Shown piece by piece: positions 38,621 to 47,168 of a stretch of 64,000 nt of DNA. Position numbers and translations under genes: made by a program. The stretch comes from Actinobacteria bacterium HGW-Actinobacteria-6 (GTDB taxonomy: Bacteria; Actinomycetota; Coriobacteriia; Anaerosomatales; Anaerosomataceae): the NCBI GenBank assembly GCA_002841295.1, contig PHEU01000007.1, forward strand, positions 6,417 to 70,416. Direction: 5' to 3'. The notes beneath the pieces are model-generated. The model ran no database searches. It saw only the letters and a list, made by a program, of their open reading frames with translations, and was not told the origin of the DNA. The number at the start of each line of letters is the position of its first letter. The stretch's first letter is position 1.

Positions 38621-39778
38621 GTGAGCGAGGTATCTCTCAGGGCACAGGCGATTCGACCATTCGTGGTCATGGATGTCGTTGCGCGCGCAAAAGCGCTTGA
38701 GGCATCCGGTCGCGACATCGTCAGGATGGAAATAGGCGACCCCGATTTCCCAACGCCGGACGTCATCAAGCGGGCGGCAGAGGCGGCGCTCGATGCCGAC
38801 GACACCGGCTATACGCAGTCTGCCGGCTTGCCGGATCTACGAGACGCGATCACGCAACACTACTCGGACGCGTACGGTGTGACCATCGACGCGGCCGACA
38901 TCATCGTGACGCAAGGGACATCGCCGGCGATGCTGCTCCTTTTCGGTGCACTGCTCGATCCGGGTGATGAGGTCATCATCTCGGATCCGTGTTACCCGGC
39001 GTATTCGAACTATATCTCGTTCCTCGGCGGTGTTCCGGTTCCGATCCGCGTACGCGCTGCCGAGGGATTCCGCTTCAGGATCGATGAGGTCCGCGCAGCG
39101 ATCACGCCTCGCACGAGGGCCATCATGATCAACTCGCCCGCCAATCCGATGGGCACGGTGCTTGCCCCGGATGACCTGAAAGCGCTTGCGGCATTGGCCG
39201 AGGAGACCGGCATCTGGATAGCGAGCGACGAGATCTATCACGGCCTGCAGTTCGATGGTCCGTCCCACTCGATTCTCGAGTACACGGATCGGGCGTTCGT
39301 GCTCAATGGCTTCTCCAAGGCGTACGCGATGACGGGCTGGCGGCTCGGGTATCTGATCGCACCGCGGCAGTTCGTGCGTCCTGCCGAGGTCATCCAGCAG
39401 AACTTCTTCCTGTGCGCCAACCATTTCGTTCAGGTCGCCGGCACAGTTGCGCTGCTCGAAGCGCAAGGGGACGTGGCGCGCATGCGGGAGCGCTACGATG
39501 AGCGTCGGCGGTTCCTGGTGCCTGCGTTGCGAGATATCGGTCTTGAGATAGCTGTTGAGCCGACAGGTGCATTCTATGTGTTTGCGGATGCAAGCGCGTG
39601 GGGTGCCGATTCGCTTGCTCTCTCAGGGCGTCTGCTTGAAGAAGCTGGCGTTGCAGTCGCTCCCGGAATCGATTTTGGACCCGGTGGCGAGGGCTTCTTG
39701 CGGTTCAGCTATGCAACGTCGCTTGATCGGCTGCATGATGGTGTGGATCGCCTCAGAGACTGGGCGCAGCACGCATAG
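38621..39778 (+). CDS. Pyridoxal-phosphate-dependent aminotransferase, class I (AspC-like)
   Basis: Start placed at GTG 38621 after GAAGGAGGA; the ORF track's 38372 start overlaps the upstream gene. EIGDPDFPTP, INSPANPMG, the PLP lysine in NGFSKAYAMTGWRLGY, and a C-terminal RFSYA. Confidence 0.9.
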   Translation: MSEVSLRAQAIRPFVVMDVVARAKALEASGRDIVRMEIGDPDFPTPDVIKRAAEAALDADDTGYTQSAGLPDLRDAITQHYSDAYGVTIDAADIIVTQGTSPAMLLLFGALLDPGDEVIISDPCYPAYSNYISFLGGVPVPIRVRAAEGFRFRIDEVRAAITPRTRAIMINSPANPMGTVLAPDDLKALAALAEETGIWIASDEIYHGLQFDGPSHSILEYTDRAFVLNGFSKAYAMTGWRLGYLIAPRQFVRPAEVIQQNFFLCANHFVQVAGTVALLEAQGDVARMRERYDERRRFLVPALRDIGLEIAVEPTGAFYVFADASAWGADSLALSGRLLEEAGVAVAPGIDFGPGGEGFLRFSYATSLDRLHDGVDRLRDWAQHA

Positions 39779-39809
39779 GCAACGTAGGCAGTCCAAAGGA
39801 GGGGGCACC

Positions 39810-40250
39810 ATGCGTCTTGAGTCTGATGGGGGATCTGTCATCCAGTTCGAGGACCGTGACACTGTCTTTGCCGAGGGCGACGAGGGACTGTACCTGTACA
39901 TCATCGTGAGCGGCAAAGTGTGCATCCGAAAAGAAGGCGACCTGGTTGCGACCACGGTGGCTGAGCTTGGACCAGGGGAGATGTTCGGTGAATCGGCCAT
40001 TATCGAGCGCCGGCCCCGCTCGGCAACTGCCGAGGCAATCGGGCGCACAGAACTTGCGTGCTACGACCGAGACGCGTTCTTGGCCGCACTCTCCGAGGAT
40101 CCCGAGCTCGCGCTTCGTGCGATGTCGGCCCTCATCGAGCGTTTGCGGCTCACGACCGAGCGACTGCAGTCTTTGGCGACGTTGCACGTTCTCGATCGGG
40201 CTGAAATGGCGCTCACTGAGCGAGCAATACTTGAGAGTGAGCTCTCCTGA
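39810..40250 (+). CDS. Stand-alone cyclic-nucleotide-binding (cNMP) domain protein, no HTH
   Basis: Start at ATG 39810 after AAGGAGGGGG. FAEGDEGLYLYIIVSGKV...GPGEMFGESAII..RPRSATAEA is a CAP/Crp effector-domain signature. It is only 146 aa, with a C-terminal helix instead of a DNA-binding domain. Confidence 0.8.
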   Translation: MRLESDGGSVIQFEDRDTVFAEGDEGLYLYIIVSGKVCIRKEGDLVATTVAELGPGEMFGESAIIERRPRSATAEAIGRTELACYDRDAFLAALSEDPELALRAMSALIERLRLTTERLQSLATLHVLDRAEMALTERAILESELS

Positions 40251-40330
40251 GCCGATACAAGTACACGTAAGCGGTATGGTAGTTGCTACTTCTCCAGGGA
40301 CAGGTGTTTCAACACTCTAGGGGGTACCAC

Positions 40331-41047
40331 GTGACTGAGGTCTGGAGCAAAGCGGACCTGCACATACATTCTAACCACAGCGATGGTCTCGCGAAGATTC
40401 CGGAGATCATGGAGTACGTGGCTAGCGAGACCGACATGAAGGTCATCGCCATCACGGACCACAACACCATCGAAGGCGCGCTCTTCGCTCAATCGCTGCA
40501 GGATCTGTATGGCATAGAGGTCGTCGTCGGCGAGGAGATCTCGTCAAAGTCGGGTCACATCATCGGGCTATGGCTGAAAGAGGCCATCCCTGCGAATCTA
40601 TCTGCGGCAGAGACCGTGTCGCGTATCAACGAGCAAGGCGGTATTGCGGTTATCGCGCACCCGTTCGCCAACCGTGCGTTCGGGCCATTCGGCCTCGAGA
40701 GCGTGGGAAAGGCCATCTACGACGTCGCATTCCATGCGCTCGAGGTCTACAACTCGTCGCCATACCTCATCTACGCCAATAAGCTCGCCGCCAAAGCATT
40801 CGCAGGTGGCCAAGGTGTTGCTGCAACGGGCGGTTCTGATGCGCATGTTCTCAAGGCGGTCGGGAACGGCTATACGCTCTTCCGGGGAACCACCTCAGAC
40901 GATCTTCGACGCAGCATCGAGAATCTCGAGACGCGAGCAGAGGCGGCACGTGGCGGATTGTCCGTGGCGCTACGCTACGCTTTCCGGTATCCGCAGATCA
41001 GACGTCTGCAGTCTTTGAACTGGGAACGCTGCAAAGCCACCAAGTAG
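40331..41047 (+). CDS. PHP-domain metal-dependent phosphoesterase
   Basis: ADLHIHSNHSDG...IAITDHNT...AHP...GGSDAH are PHP histidine motifs. Start placed at GTG 40331 after AGGGGG; the track ORF starts at 40283. Confidence 0.8.
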   Translation: MTEVWSKADLHIHSNHSDGLAKIPEIMEYVASETDMKVIAITDHNTIEGALFAQSLQDLYGIEVVVGEEISSKSGHIIGLWLKEAIPANLSAAETVSRINEQGGIAVIAHPFANRAFGPFGLESVGKAIYDVAFHALEVYNSSPYLIYANKLAAKAFAGGQGVAATGGSDAHVLKAVGNGYTLFRGTTSDDLRRSIENLETRAEAARGGLSVALRYAFRYPQIRRLQSLNWERCKATK

Positions 41048-41048
41048 C

Positions 41049-42263
41049 CTATTCGGCGTGCCTGGCAAGCGCGGCGTGCGCAGTATCTGCGACCGCCTGC
41101 ACGATTCCAGCATCGTCTCCCCATGGCGTGAGCGTCACAACGCGGACTTCCTCGGCCAGGCGTGCTGCCTCGATGGACCGCTTCAAGTCCAGTGCGCTCG
41201 CCAGGGTGATGTGCGGCAACGTTGTCGGCGCGATTACGAGTCTATTGCATCCCAGCGCGGCAAGATGCCTGACGGTTTCGGTGATGTCGGGTGCTTGCCA
41301 TTCGATCCAACTGATGCGGATGTTGCGCTCCTGGAATCCGCGCTCAAGCAGCATGAGTTTCACGCGCTGGTTGAAGTAGTTCTCGCGCTCACACCAATCC
41401 TTGCCGAGGGGTTCCCATGCGACCGGCTGTCCTTCGCCGGCGAGAAGAACGCCAACCTCGGAGAGTTGAGCGCCCCGGCAGGACTCGATCACACGCTCCA
41501 CCAGGCGGGCAGCGAGATGGTCTGAACGCCATATACTCTCCGCTTGGATGAGCTGCACGCCGGACGCACCTTCGAGCGCCTCGTGCTCGGCCTCCATCGT
41601 CACGAAGGAGCCTTCCGGGCCGAGGGTAGCCAGAACTGCCGATCGATACCCGTTGCTCTCCAGATCGGCGAGCAGGGTCCTAAGAGTCGGCGAGCCGTCG
41701 CACCACGCGACCGTGACTGTGCCGAAGTCAGAGTTCAATATCTCGGCTACCCTGTCAGCCACCGCCATGACGCCTGCACGCGCAGGGTTGTAATCGCCAA
41801 GCGCGCGGTAGCGGCTCTTCTCGCTCAGAAACACGAAGGGGAGCGCGCTGGTCGGCAGTCTGAGTGCGTCGCTCGTCACGAGACGCTCGATGACACGGGC
41901 CGTCGATGCGATCCTGTAGCGTTCCGCCTCGGCGCAGGAGAGGAGAATGAGCGCGGGTAGCTCACGCGGTTCTGCGTCGGTAACCGAAGGTGTGATCTTC
42001 GGCTGGGCGATCGCATGCGGCAGCGCGGCTGCTGCTGCCCAGTATCCGCCAGCGATTCCGGCAATAACGAAGAAGACCGCGAGGCCAATCGCCGAAGTCG
42101 CATCCTGCGCCGCGATCAGTGAGAACATGCGAACAATCAGAACGGAGCTCAGTATAAGTCCGAAGAAAGCGATGAACTGGCTCCGCCGGGGGGCGACCAG
42201 TAGGCCGACGAAGCAGGCGCCCGCTCCAGTACTCCCTGCGAGCAATCCCAGCCACAGTGGCAC
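41049..42263 (-). CDS. Membrane-anchored protein with a ferrochelatase/CbiX-like (class II chelatase fold) soluble domain
   Basis: GTG start after AAGGA. About 110 N-terminal residues form 3 TM helices. The two-lobed C-terminal region has a layout like HemH (..VLLAGEGQPV.. where HemH has SAHGxP; ..ISWIEWQAPDITETVRHLAALGCNRLVIAPTTL.. where HemH has QSR.G...WL.P...d.l..L...G.k.v.v.P). The assignment is by eye only. Confidence 0.4.
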   Translation of the reverse strand: MPLWLGLLAGSTGAGACFVGLLVAPRRSQFIAFFGLILSSVLIVRMFSLIAAQDATSAIGLAVFFVIAGIAGGYWAAAAALPHAIAQPKITPSVTDAEPRELPALILLSCAEAERYRIASTARVIERLVTSDALRLPTSALPFVFLSEKSRYRALGDYNPARAGVMAVADRVAEILNSDFGTVTVAWCDGSPTLRTLLADLESNGYRSAVLATLGPEGSFVTMEAEHEALEGASGVQLIQAESIWRSDHLAARLVERVIESCRGAQLSEVGVLLAGEGQPVAWEPLGKDWCERENYFNQRVKLMLLERGFQERNIRISWIEWQAPDITETVRHLAALGCNRLVIAPTTLPHITLASALDLKRSIEAARLAEEVRVVTLTPWGDDAGIVQAVADTAHAALARHAE

Positions 42264-42343
42264 GCTTTCGTCCTTTCAGTGTCGATGACGCTTCGACAAT
42301 AGCTGCAAGCATGCCGTGACGGCAACCCGACTTTGACTAGCAA

Positions 42344-42359
42344 ATACCCCATGGGGTAT
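42344..42359. promoter_or_regulatory. CsoR/RcnR-type operator ATACCCC-AT-GGGGTAT inside divergent promoters
   Basis: Plus strand, toward trxA: TTGACT (42333-42338)-N18-TATACT (42357-42362). Minus strand, toward gene 41049..42263: TTGACT (42370-42365)-N18-TATTTG (42346-42341). The palindrome fills the spacer, and its terminal TAT starts each -10 hexamer. Confidence 0.65.
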
Positions 42360-42394
42360 ACTACAGTCAACATCCCCTGAGTAAGGAGTCAATA

Positions 42395-42715
42395 ATGAGC
42401 GAGGGTGTGAAAGAGATCTCTGAATCTGAATTCCAGGCTGAGGTTCTTGATTCAGCCGAGACGGTCGTCGTTGATTTTTGGGCACCGTGGTGTGGACCGT
42501 GCAAGATGGTGGGCCCTGAGCTTGAGAAGCTTGCCGCGCGCACATCCGGGGTCAAGTTTGTCAAGGTGAATGTCGATGAGAGTCGTGAGGTTGCCATCAA
42601 GTACGGCGTGATGAGCATTCCGACTATCGCGAAGTTTGAGAGTGGTAATCTGGTGTCACAAGTTGTAGGGGCTCGCAGCGCGGATGCGCTCGGTCGCGAG
42701 TTTGGGTTGGCGTAA
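42395..42715 (+). CDS. trxA: Thioredoxin
   Basis: 106 aa with a WAPWCGPCK active site. AAGGAG lies 7 nt upstream. Confidence 0.95.
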   Translation: MSEGVKEISESEFQAEVLDSAETVVVDFWAPWCGPCKMVGPELEKLAARTSGVKFVKVNVDESREVAIKYGVMSIPTIAKFESGNLVSQVVGARSADALGREFGLA

Positions 42716-42720
42716 GCAAC

Positions 42721-42915
42721 GTGCCAACGTATGAACTGACATGCGCCGATTGCGGTCATCGCTTCGAGCAGTTCTTGATGCGCATCATTCGTGATCCGGA
42801 CAAGGTATGTCCGGCCTGCGGTTCTGAGCGTATCCTGATGGGGCACGGCGGTGGCTTCATCGGCAAGACTTCCGATAGGAGTTCATCGTGTGGTCCGGTC
42901 GGAGGATTCGGCTGA
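42721..42915 (+). CDS. FmdB-family zinc-ribbon protein
   Basis: MPTYELTCADCGHRFEQF...CPACGS is the canonical FmdB/CxxC-x-CxxC putative regulatory zinc ribbon. Confidence 0.8.
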   Translation: MPTYELTCADCGHRFEQFLMRIIRDPDKVCPACGSERILMGHGGGFIGKTSDRSSSCGPVGGFG

Positions 42916-42963
42916 GGCTAGCGTCCGGCCAGGTTGGTCGGAACGCGCGGCGAATGGTGATGG

Positions 42964-43338
42964 ATGGACTTCTCGTACACTCGAACGTGCCACATGACGT
43001 TCAGTCATGCTATTGAAGCCGTGGAGCGCTCTGTGCGCTCTCACGGCTTCGCCATTGAGAGAATGCATGATCTGCAGGCTACGCTCGCATCCAAGGGCTT
43101 TGCGATTCAGCCGCTGCGCATCTATGAACTCCGATTTGCAGGCGAGGAACACCCGTTTACAGGCGTCGACGGTGAATTCAGGCGCTGTCGCGTCCAAGTC
43201 TATGTGGAGGGGGACGAGGTCTTCGTTGCAGCGATCCGGTCGACCGTCCTGCTCGAGGATGATGCCGAGAATCCTACCGCATGCTTCGAAGAGATCGAAC
43301 ACCGGGTCGCCGATCTCGTGAATCAGATCGCGCAGTAG
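42964..43338 (+). CDS. DUF302-like protein
   Basis: The pattern F..A...ve..l...GF.i....D....L..KG......i.e.. resembles DUF302. The start may be the internal ATG at 42994 (MTFSHAIEAV). Confidence 0.5.
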   Translation: MDFSYTRTCHMTFSHAIEAVERSVRSHGFAIERMHDLQATLASKGFAIQPLRIYELRFAGEEHPFTGVDGEFRRCRVQVYVEGDEVFVAAIRSTVLLEDDAENPTACFEEIEHRVADLVNQIAQ

Positions 43339-43340
43339 CC

Positions 43341-43646
43341 CTACTGCACGCAGCTCGAGTACTTGAGAAAGACCTTGATGGCTTCGTCGATGAGTTCGTC
43401 ACGAGACTTCTCGCCGTCTTCGACAAGACACGTCTTCATCGAGAAGCCTATGATGTGAAGACCGACCTGATTGAGCGCCGACTTTGCAGCCATGATCTGA
43501 GTCAGAACGGCCTCGCAATCCTTGCCGGACTCGATCATCGTCTGTAGGCCACGGATCTGCCCTTCAAGCCGCTTGAGCCTGTTGATGATCTTGCGTCGCT
43601 CTTCGTCGTTGCCGATTGAGTCGCTTGTGAGTTCAATGCCGTCCAT
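43341..43646 (-). CDS. CsoR/RcnR/FrmR-family (DUF156) metal- or thiol-responsive transcriptional repressor
   Basis: 101 aa. RLKRLEGQIRGLQTMIESGKDCEAVLTQIMAAKSALNQVGLHIIGFSMKTC is the family's alpha1-alpha2 core, with Cys at the X and Z ligand positions. Confidence 0.85.
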   Translation of the reverse strand: MDGIELTSDSIGNDEERRKIINRLKRLEGQIRGLQTMIESGKDCEAVLTQIMAAKSALNQVGLHIIGFSMKTCLVEDGEKSRDELIDEAIKVFLKYSSCVQ

Positions 43647-43702
43647 GGTGACTCCCTTGCGTCAGGAGCGGTTTGCCATACAATGATTAGGTTTGGCTCA
43701 CT

Positions 43703-43719
43703 ATACCCCCTGGGGGTAT
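43703..43719. promoter_or_regulatory. CsoR/RcnR-type operator ATACCCCC-T-GGGGGTAT shared by divergent promoters
   Basis: Minus strand, toward the repressor gene: TTGTCG (43729-43724)-N18-TATAGT (43705-43700). Plus strand, toward the CDF gene: TTGGCT (43693-43698)-N18-TATGCG (43717-43722). Confidence 0.7.
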
Positions 43720-43745
43720 GCGTCGACAAGCCGAGGGGGCATCGG

Positions 43746-44687
43746 ATGGGTTACAGCAAAACCAAGAGCGGCACCGACAACTCGCGGGCGGCTATGATCA
43801 AGCGGGTTCTCTGGATCATCCTCGGCTTGAACGTACTTGTTGCTGTTGCCAAGCTCGGATACGGCCTTATCACACGATCGGTTGGAATGACGGCCGACGG
43901 GTTCCACTCTATGTTCGACGGTACCTCGAACGTGATCGGGCTTCTCGCGATGGGCATTGCCGCGCGTCCCGCCGATAGCGATCACCCGTACGGACACTCG
44001 AAGTATGAAACGTTCGCGTCGGTTATCATCGGCGCGATGTTGATGCTGGCCGCCTGGCGCGTGGGAACCTCGGCTTTCGAGCGGCTCATGAACCCTGGCG
44101 AGCCAGCGCGGGTTGATGCCGTCTCGTTCGCCGTCATGATCGGCACGCTCTGTATCAACGTCTTTGTCACAAAGTACGAGCGTAAAGTAGGGGAGCGCCT
44201 GGGTAGCGAGATCCTTGTCGCGGACGCGAGCCACACCGGTAGTGACATTCTTGTGAGCATTGGCGTTATCGTCGGACTCATCGCGGTGAAGCTCGGATTT
44301 CCGATTGCGGATCCAATCGTCGGTCTTGTGGTCGCCGGATTCATAGTCTTCGCTGCGCTGCGTGTCTTCAAGTCCGCGAATGAGACGCTCTCCGACAGGG
44401 CCAGAATCGCACCCGAAGAGATCAGGGTCGTGGCTCTTGGGGTACCCGGTGTCCTGGGCTGCCATGAGGTTCGGACGAGAGGCCCTCTTGCCGAGGTGTA
44501 CGTGGACCTGCACATTCAAGTTGATCCGACGGTGAGTGTTGCCGAGGGCCATGCGATCGCCGAACGAGTTGAGAAGTCGATCTGTGAGAACCTGAGTCAG
44601 GTCACAGACGTTATTGCGCATCTTGAACCGCTCGATGAGTATCAGAGGCGAAAGACCGAACTACAAGTCGCCGAAGAATCGGAATAA
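43746..44687 (+). CDS. Cation diffusion facilitator (CDF) family divalent metal efflux transporter
   Basis: Start at ATG 43746 after GAGGGGG. TM2 HSMFDGTSN and TM5 HTGSDILVS form an H-D/H-D site. There is a C-terminal cytoplasmic domain (VRTRGPLAEVYVDLHIQVD). Confidence 0.9.
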   Translation: MGYSKTKSGTDNSRAAMIKRVLWIILGLNVLVAVAKLGYGLITRSVGMTADGFHSMFDGTSNVIGLLAMGIAARPADSDHPYGHSKYETFASVIIGAMLMLAAWRVGTSAFERLMNPGEPARVDAVSFAVMIGTLCINVFVTKYERKVGERLGSEILVADASHTGSDILVSIGVIVGLIAVKLGFPIADPIVGLVVAGFIVFAALRVFKSANETLSDRARIAPEEIRVVALGVPGVLGCHEVRTRGPLAEVYVDLHIQVDPTVSVAEGHAIAERVEKSICENLSQVTDVIAHLEPLDEYQRRKTELQVAEESE

Positions 44688-44690
44688 GAC

Positions 44691-45671
44691 GTGCCGAAGC
44701 CCGTATCTGACGAAAACCGCAAGGACAAGCTGACTGGATACGGACTGGCCGTACTGGCCGCAGTGTGCTGGGCCACCGGGGGGCTTGGTGCGAAGTGGCT
44801 GTTCACGCCGCTGAACCCGACCACTGCCGGTTGGCCATTTCCGCCGCTCGGGATTGATATCGATCCCGTGATGCTGTCCGCATCGCGCGCCCTGGTTGCG
44901 TTTCTGATGCTCTTCACGTACCTGCTGATATCGCGCCGAAAAGCACTTCGAGTTCGTGTCGCAGACCTACCGTTTCTGGTGTTCTTCGGTGTCGTCGGAC
45001 TTGCGCTCGTCCATTTCAGCTACTTCAAGGCCATTTCGCTCACCAACGTCGCGACCGCGATATTGCTTGAGTATCTCGCGCCGGTGATCGTGCTCGTTGT
45101 GTCGGTCGGATTCCTGCGAGATCGTTTCACCTGGGCATTGCCGGCCTCGGTGCTGCTGTCGGTCACAGGTTGCGCACTCGTAGTAGGGGCTATTGGTGGC
45201 GCTGGGCTGAGTGTCTCCGGTGCCGGCCTGGCCTGGGGTCTCGCCTCTGCGGGATTCTTCGCGGGTTACACGCTCATGGGGCGCTGGGCGGCGCACAAGT
45301 TCTCGGCATGGACGCTGCTGACGTATGGGCTTGGCGCTGCAACGATATTCTGGTTCGTGGTGCTTGGTGGCCCGGGCTCCATCTTCGCGACGTTGTCTGA
45401 CATGCGCACGTTTGCGGCTGTGAGCTTCATTGCGTTCACAAGTACGGTCGTGCCGTTCGGGGCATTCCTGAAGGCCCTCAAGTACATTCGTGCGACCGAG
45501 GCTTCGGTAACCGCCACCCTTGAACCGGTTCTGGCAGCGATTCTTGCGTGGTTCTTGTTCCGCGAGTCACTCGGTGTGGCGCAGATGCTTGGAGGATTGC
45601 TGGTGATTTCAGCGATCGTCGTGTCACAGATGTCGCCCGCAGCCCGGGATGAGCTGCCGCCGGCAGTCTAG
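44691..45671 (+). CDS. EamA/DMT-superfamily permease
   Basis: Ten predicted TM helices in two EamA-like halves. GTG start 4 nt after the CDF stop. Confidence 0.75.
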   Translation: MPKPVSDENRKDKLTGYGLAVLAAVCWATGGLGAKWLFTPLNPTTAGWPFPPLGIDIDPVMLSASRALVAFLMLFTYLLISRRKALRVRVADLPFLVFFGVVGLALVHFSYFKAISLTNVATAILLEYLAPVIVLVVSVGFLRDRFTWALPASVLLSVTGCALVVGAIGGAGLSVSGAGLAWGLASAGFFAGYTLMGRWAAHKFSAWTLLTYGLGAATIFWFVVLGGPGSIFATLSDMRTFAAVSFIAFTSTVVPFGAFLKALKYIRATEASVTATLEPVLAAILAWFLFRESLGVAQMLGGLLVISAIVVSQMSPAARDELPPAV

Positions 45672-45710
45672 TATGTGGTGAGAACCGCGATTTCGTGGGA
45701 ATATATCTTC

Positions 45711-45726
45711 TGGTACGTAGTTTGCT
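45711..45726 (+). promoter_or_regulatory. Candidate sigma-54 (-24/-12) promoter TGGTAC-GTAGT-TTGCT upstream of rpoN
   Basis: The GG and GC dinucleotides have the canonical spacing (positions 2-3 and 14-15), as in TGGCAC-N5-TTGCW. It lies 48 nt upstream of the rpoN ATG. The -24 element deviates at one position (TGGTAC versus TGGCAC). Confidence 0.5.
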
Positions 45727-45773
45727 AAGGGCCGCGCCATCGCGCCTGGGGACGACGTACCAGAGGAGTCTCA

Positions 45774-47168
45774 ATGGAACTCTCCCACAGGCCGGAACTA
45801 CGGCACAAAGTCACCTTGTCGCCCCAGGTCTATCAGGGGCTCACTATTCTTGCAATGCCGGTCGCTGAGCTTCAGATGCTGATCGAGACCGAGCTGCTGG
45901 AGAACCCCGTCCTTGAGTTGGAAGAGGACGAGCACGAGCCCGCGGAGGAACTCGATGACCGCGTCGACGATTCCGAAGAAGAGCGCGCCTGGGATGACTG
46001 GCTTGACCAGTACGATGACCTCGAGCAGCTGGATTCAGGTTCTCCGCGCGATCCGAACCAAGAGGAGATCAACTCCGAAGACTTTGTCGGCGGAGTACAG
46101 TCCTTCGATGACTATCTGCTCGATCAGCTGGGCATGATCGAAGCTCCGGAGGACGTTGCCCGCGCCGCACGCGCGATCATCGGCTCACTGGACAATGACG
46201 GCCTGTTCGTCGGAGATAGTGCTGAGATAGCTGCAATCACCGGTGTCAGCGTTGCCGTGGCCGACAAGGCGCTCTCGGTCGTCCAGCAGCTTGACCCTCC
46301 CGGAGTCGGTGCCAGGAACGTTCGCGAAGCTCTGAGGATTCAGGCTGCGTACCTCGGGATAGACACCCCGCTCCTCCTTGCACTCATCGAGCGTCATCTC
46401 GACGCCGTGGCTGTGAGTCACACGCGCAAGATCGCGCGTGCGGAGCATGTCAGCGAGGACGAAGTGCGCGACACCGTTGAGAAGCTCAAGCAACTCAATC
46501 CTCGACCAGCCGGGGCATTCTCCCCCGGGCACGCGCCCGGCTATGTGGTCCCGGATGTCACGCTACGCCGTTTTGGGGACGAGTGGCTCATTATCCCGAA
46601 CAATGAGGCTGTTCCTACGCTGAAGGTCTCTCCTCGGTACAGGCAGATGCTTCGAAGCCAGTCGAGCGCGGATGACGAAACACGCAAGTACCTCAAGGAC
46701 AAGATTCGCTCGGCAGAATCGTTCCTGCGCAACGTTGATCGTCGCAGGGACACCGTGAGCCGCATCGCGGAGATCATCTTGGAGACCCAGCATGACTTCT
46801 TCGAGGACGGACGCGGGGACATGCGTCCGCTGCGCCTGGAAGATGTCGCTGTTGAGATCGGCGTGCATCTCAGTACGATAAGTCGGGGCGTCACCGGGAA
46901 GTACATGGCGACTCCGTACGGACTCTTTGAGTTGAAGCACTTCTTCTCGGGCGGCTACCGAACCTCGAGCGGTATGGACGTGGCTGCAACCACCGTGAAG
47001 CGGCGGATCAAGGAGTTCCTTGAGGCAGAGGATCCCGCGCACCCGCTGTCCGATCAGAAGCTTGCCGAGGCGCTCTCAGGCGAGGGCGTCGATGTGGCGC
47101 GCCGGACGGTCGCGAAGTATCGCGAGGAGATCGGCATCGACCCGTCGTGGGCGAGGAAGCGCCGATGA
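45774..47168 (+). CDS. rpoN: RNA polymerase sigma-54 factor
   Basis: 464 aa with a Gln/Leu-rich region I (LSPQVYQGLTILAMPVAELQMLIETELLENPVLE), an acidic region II, a core-binding region, an HTH and the RpoN box (ARRTVAKYRE). Confidence 0.95.
   Translation: MELSHRPELRHKVTLSPQVYQGLTILAMPVAELQMLIETELLENPVLELEEDEHEPAEELDDRVDDSEEERAWDDWLDQYDDLEQLDSGSPRDPNQEEINSEDFVGGVQSFDDYLLDQLGMIEAPEDVARAARAIIGSLDNDGLFVGDSAEIAAITGVSVAVADKALSVVQQLDPPGVGARNVREALRIQAAYLGIDTPLLLALIERHLDAVAVSHTRKIARAEHVSEDEVRDTVEKLKQLNPRPAGAFSPGHAPGYVVPDVTLRRFGDEWLIIPNNEAVPTLKVSPRYRQMLRSQSSADDETRKYLKDKIRSAESFLRNVDRRRDTVSRIAEIILETQHDFFEDGRGDMRPLRLEDVAVEIGVHLSTISRGVTGKYMATPYGLFELKHFFSGGYRTSSGMDVAATTVKRRIKEFLEAEDPAHPLSDQKLAEALSGEGVDVARRTVAKYREEIGIDPSWARKRR

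Noticed and set aside
42913-42966. Possible UGA read-through joining the FmdB zinc-ribbon ORF and the DUF302 ORF (same frame)
   Set aside because: An in-frame TAG follows two codons after the TGA (TGA GGC TAG), so read-through or Sec insertion cannot fuse the two ORFs. Other same-frame neighbour pairs (4951/5302 and 50132/50510) are separated by TAG stops.
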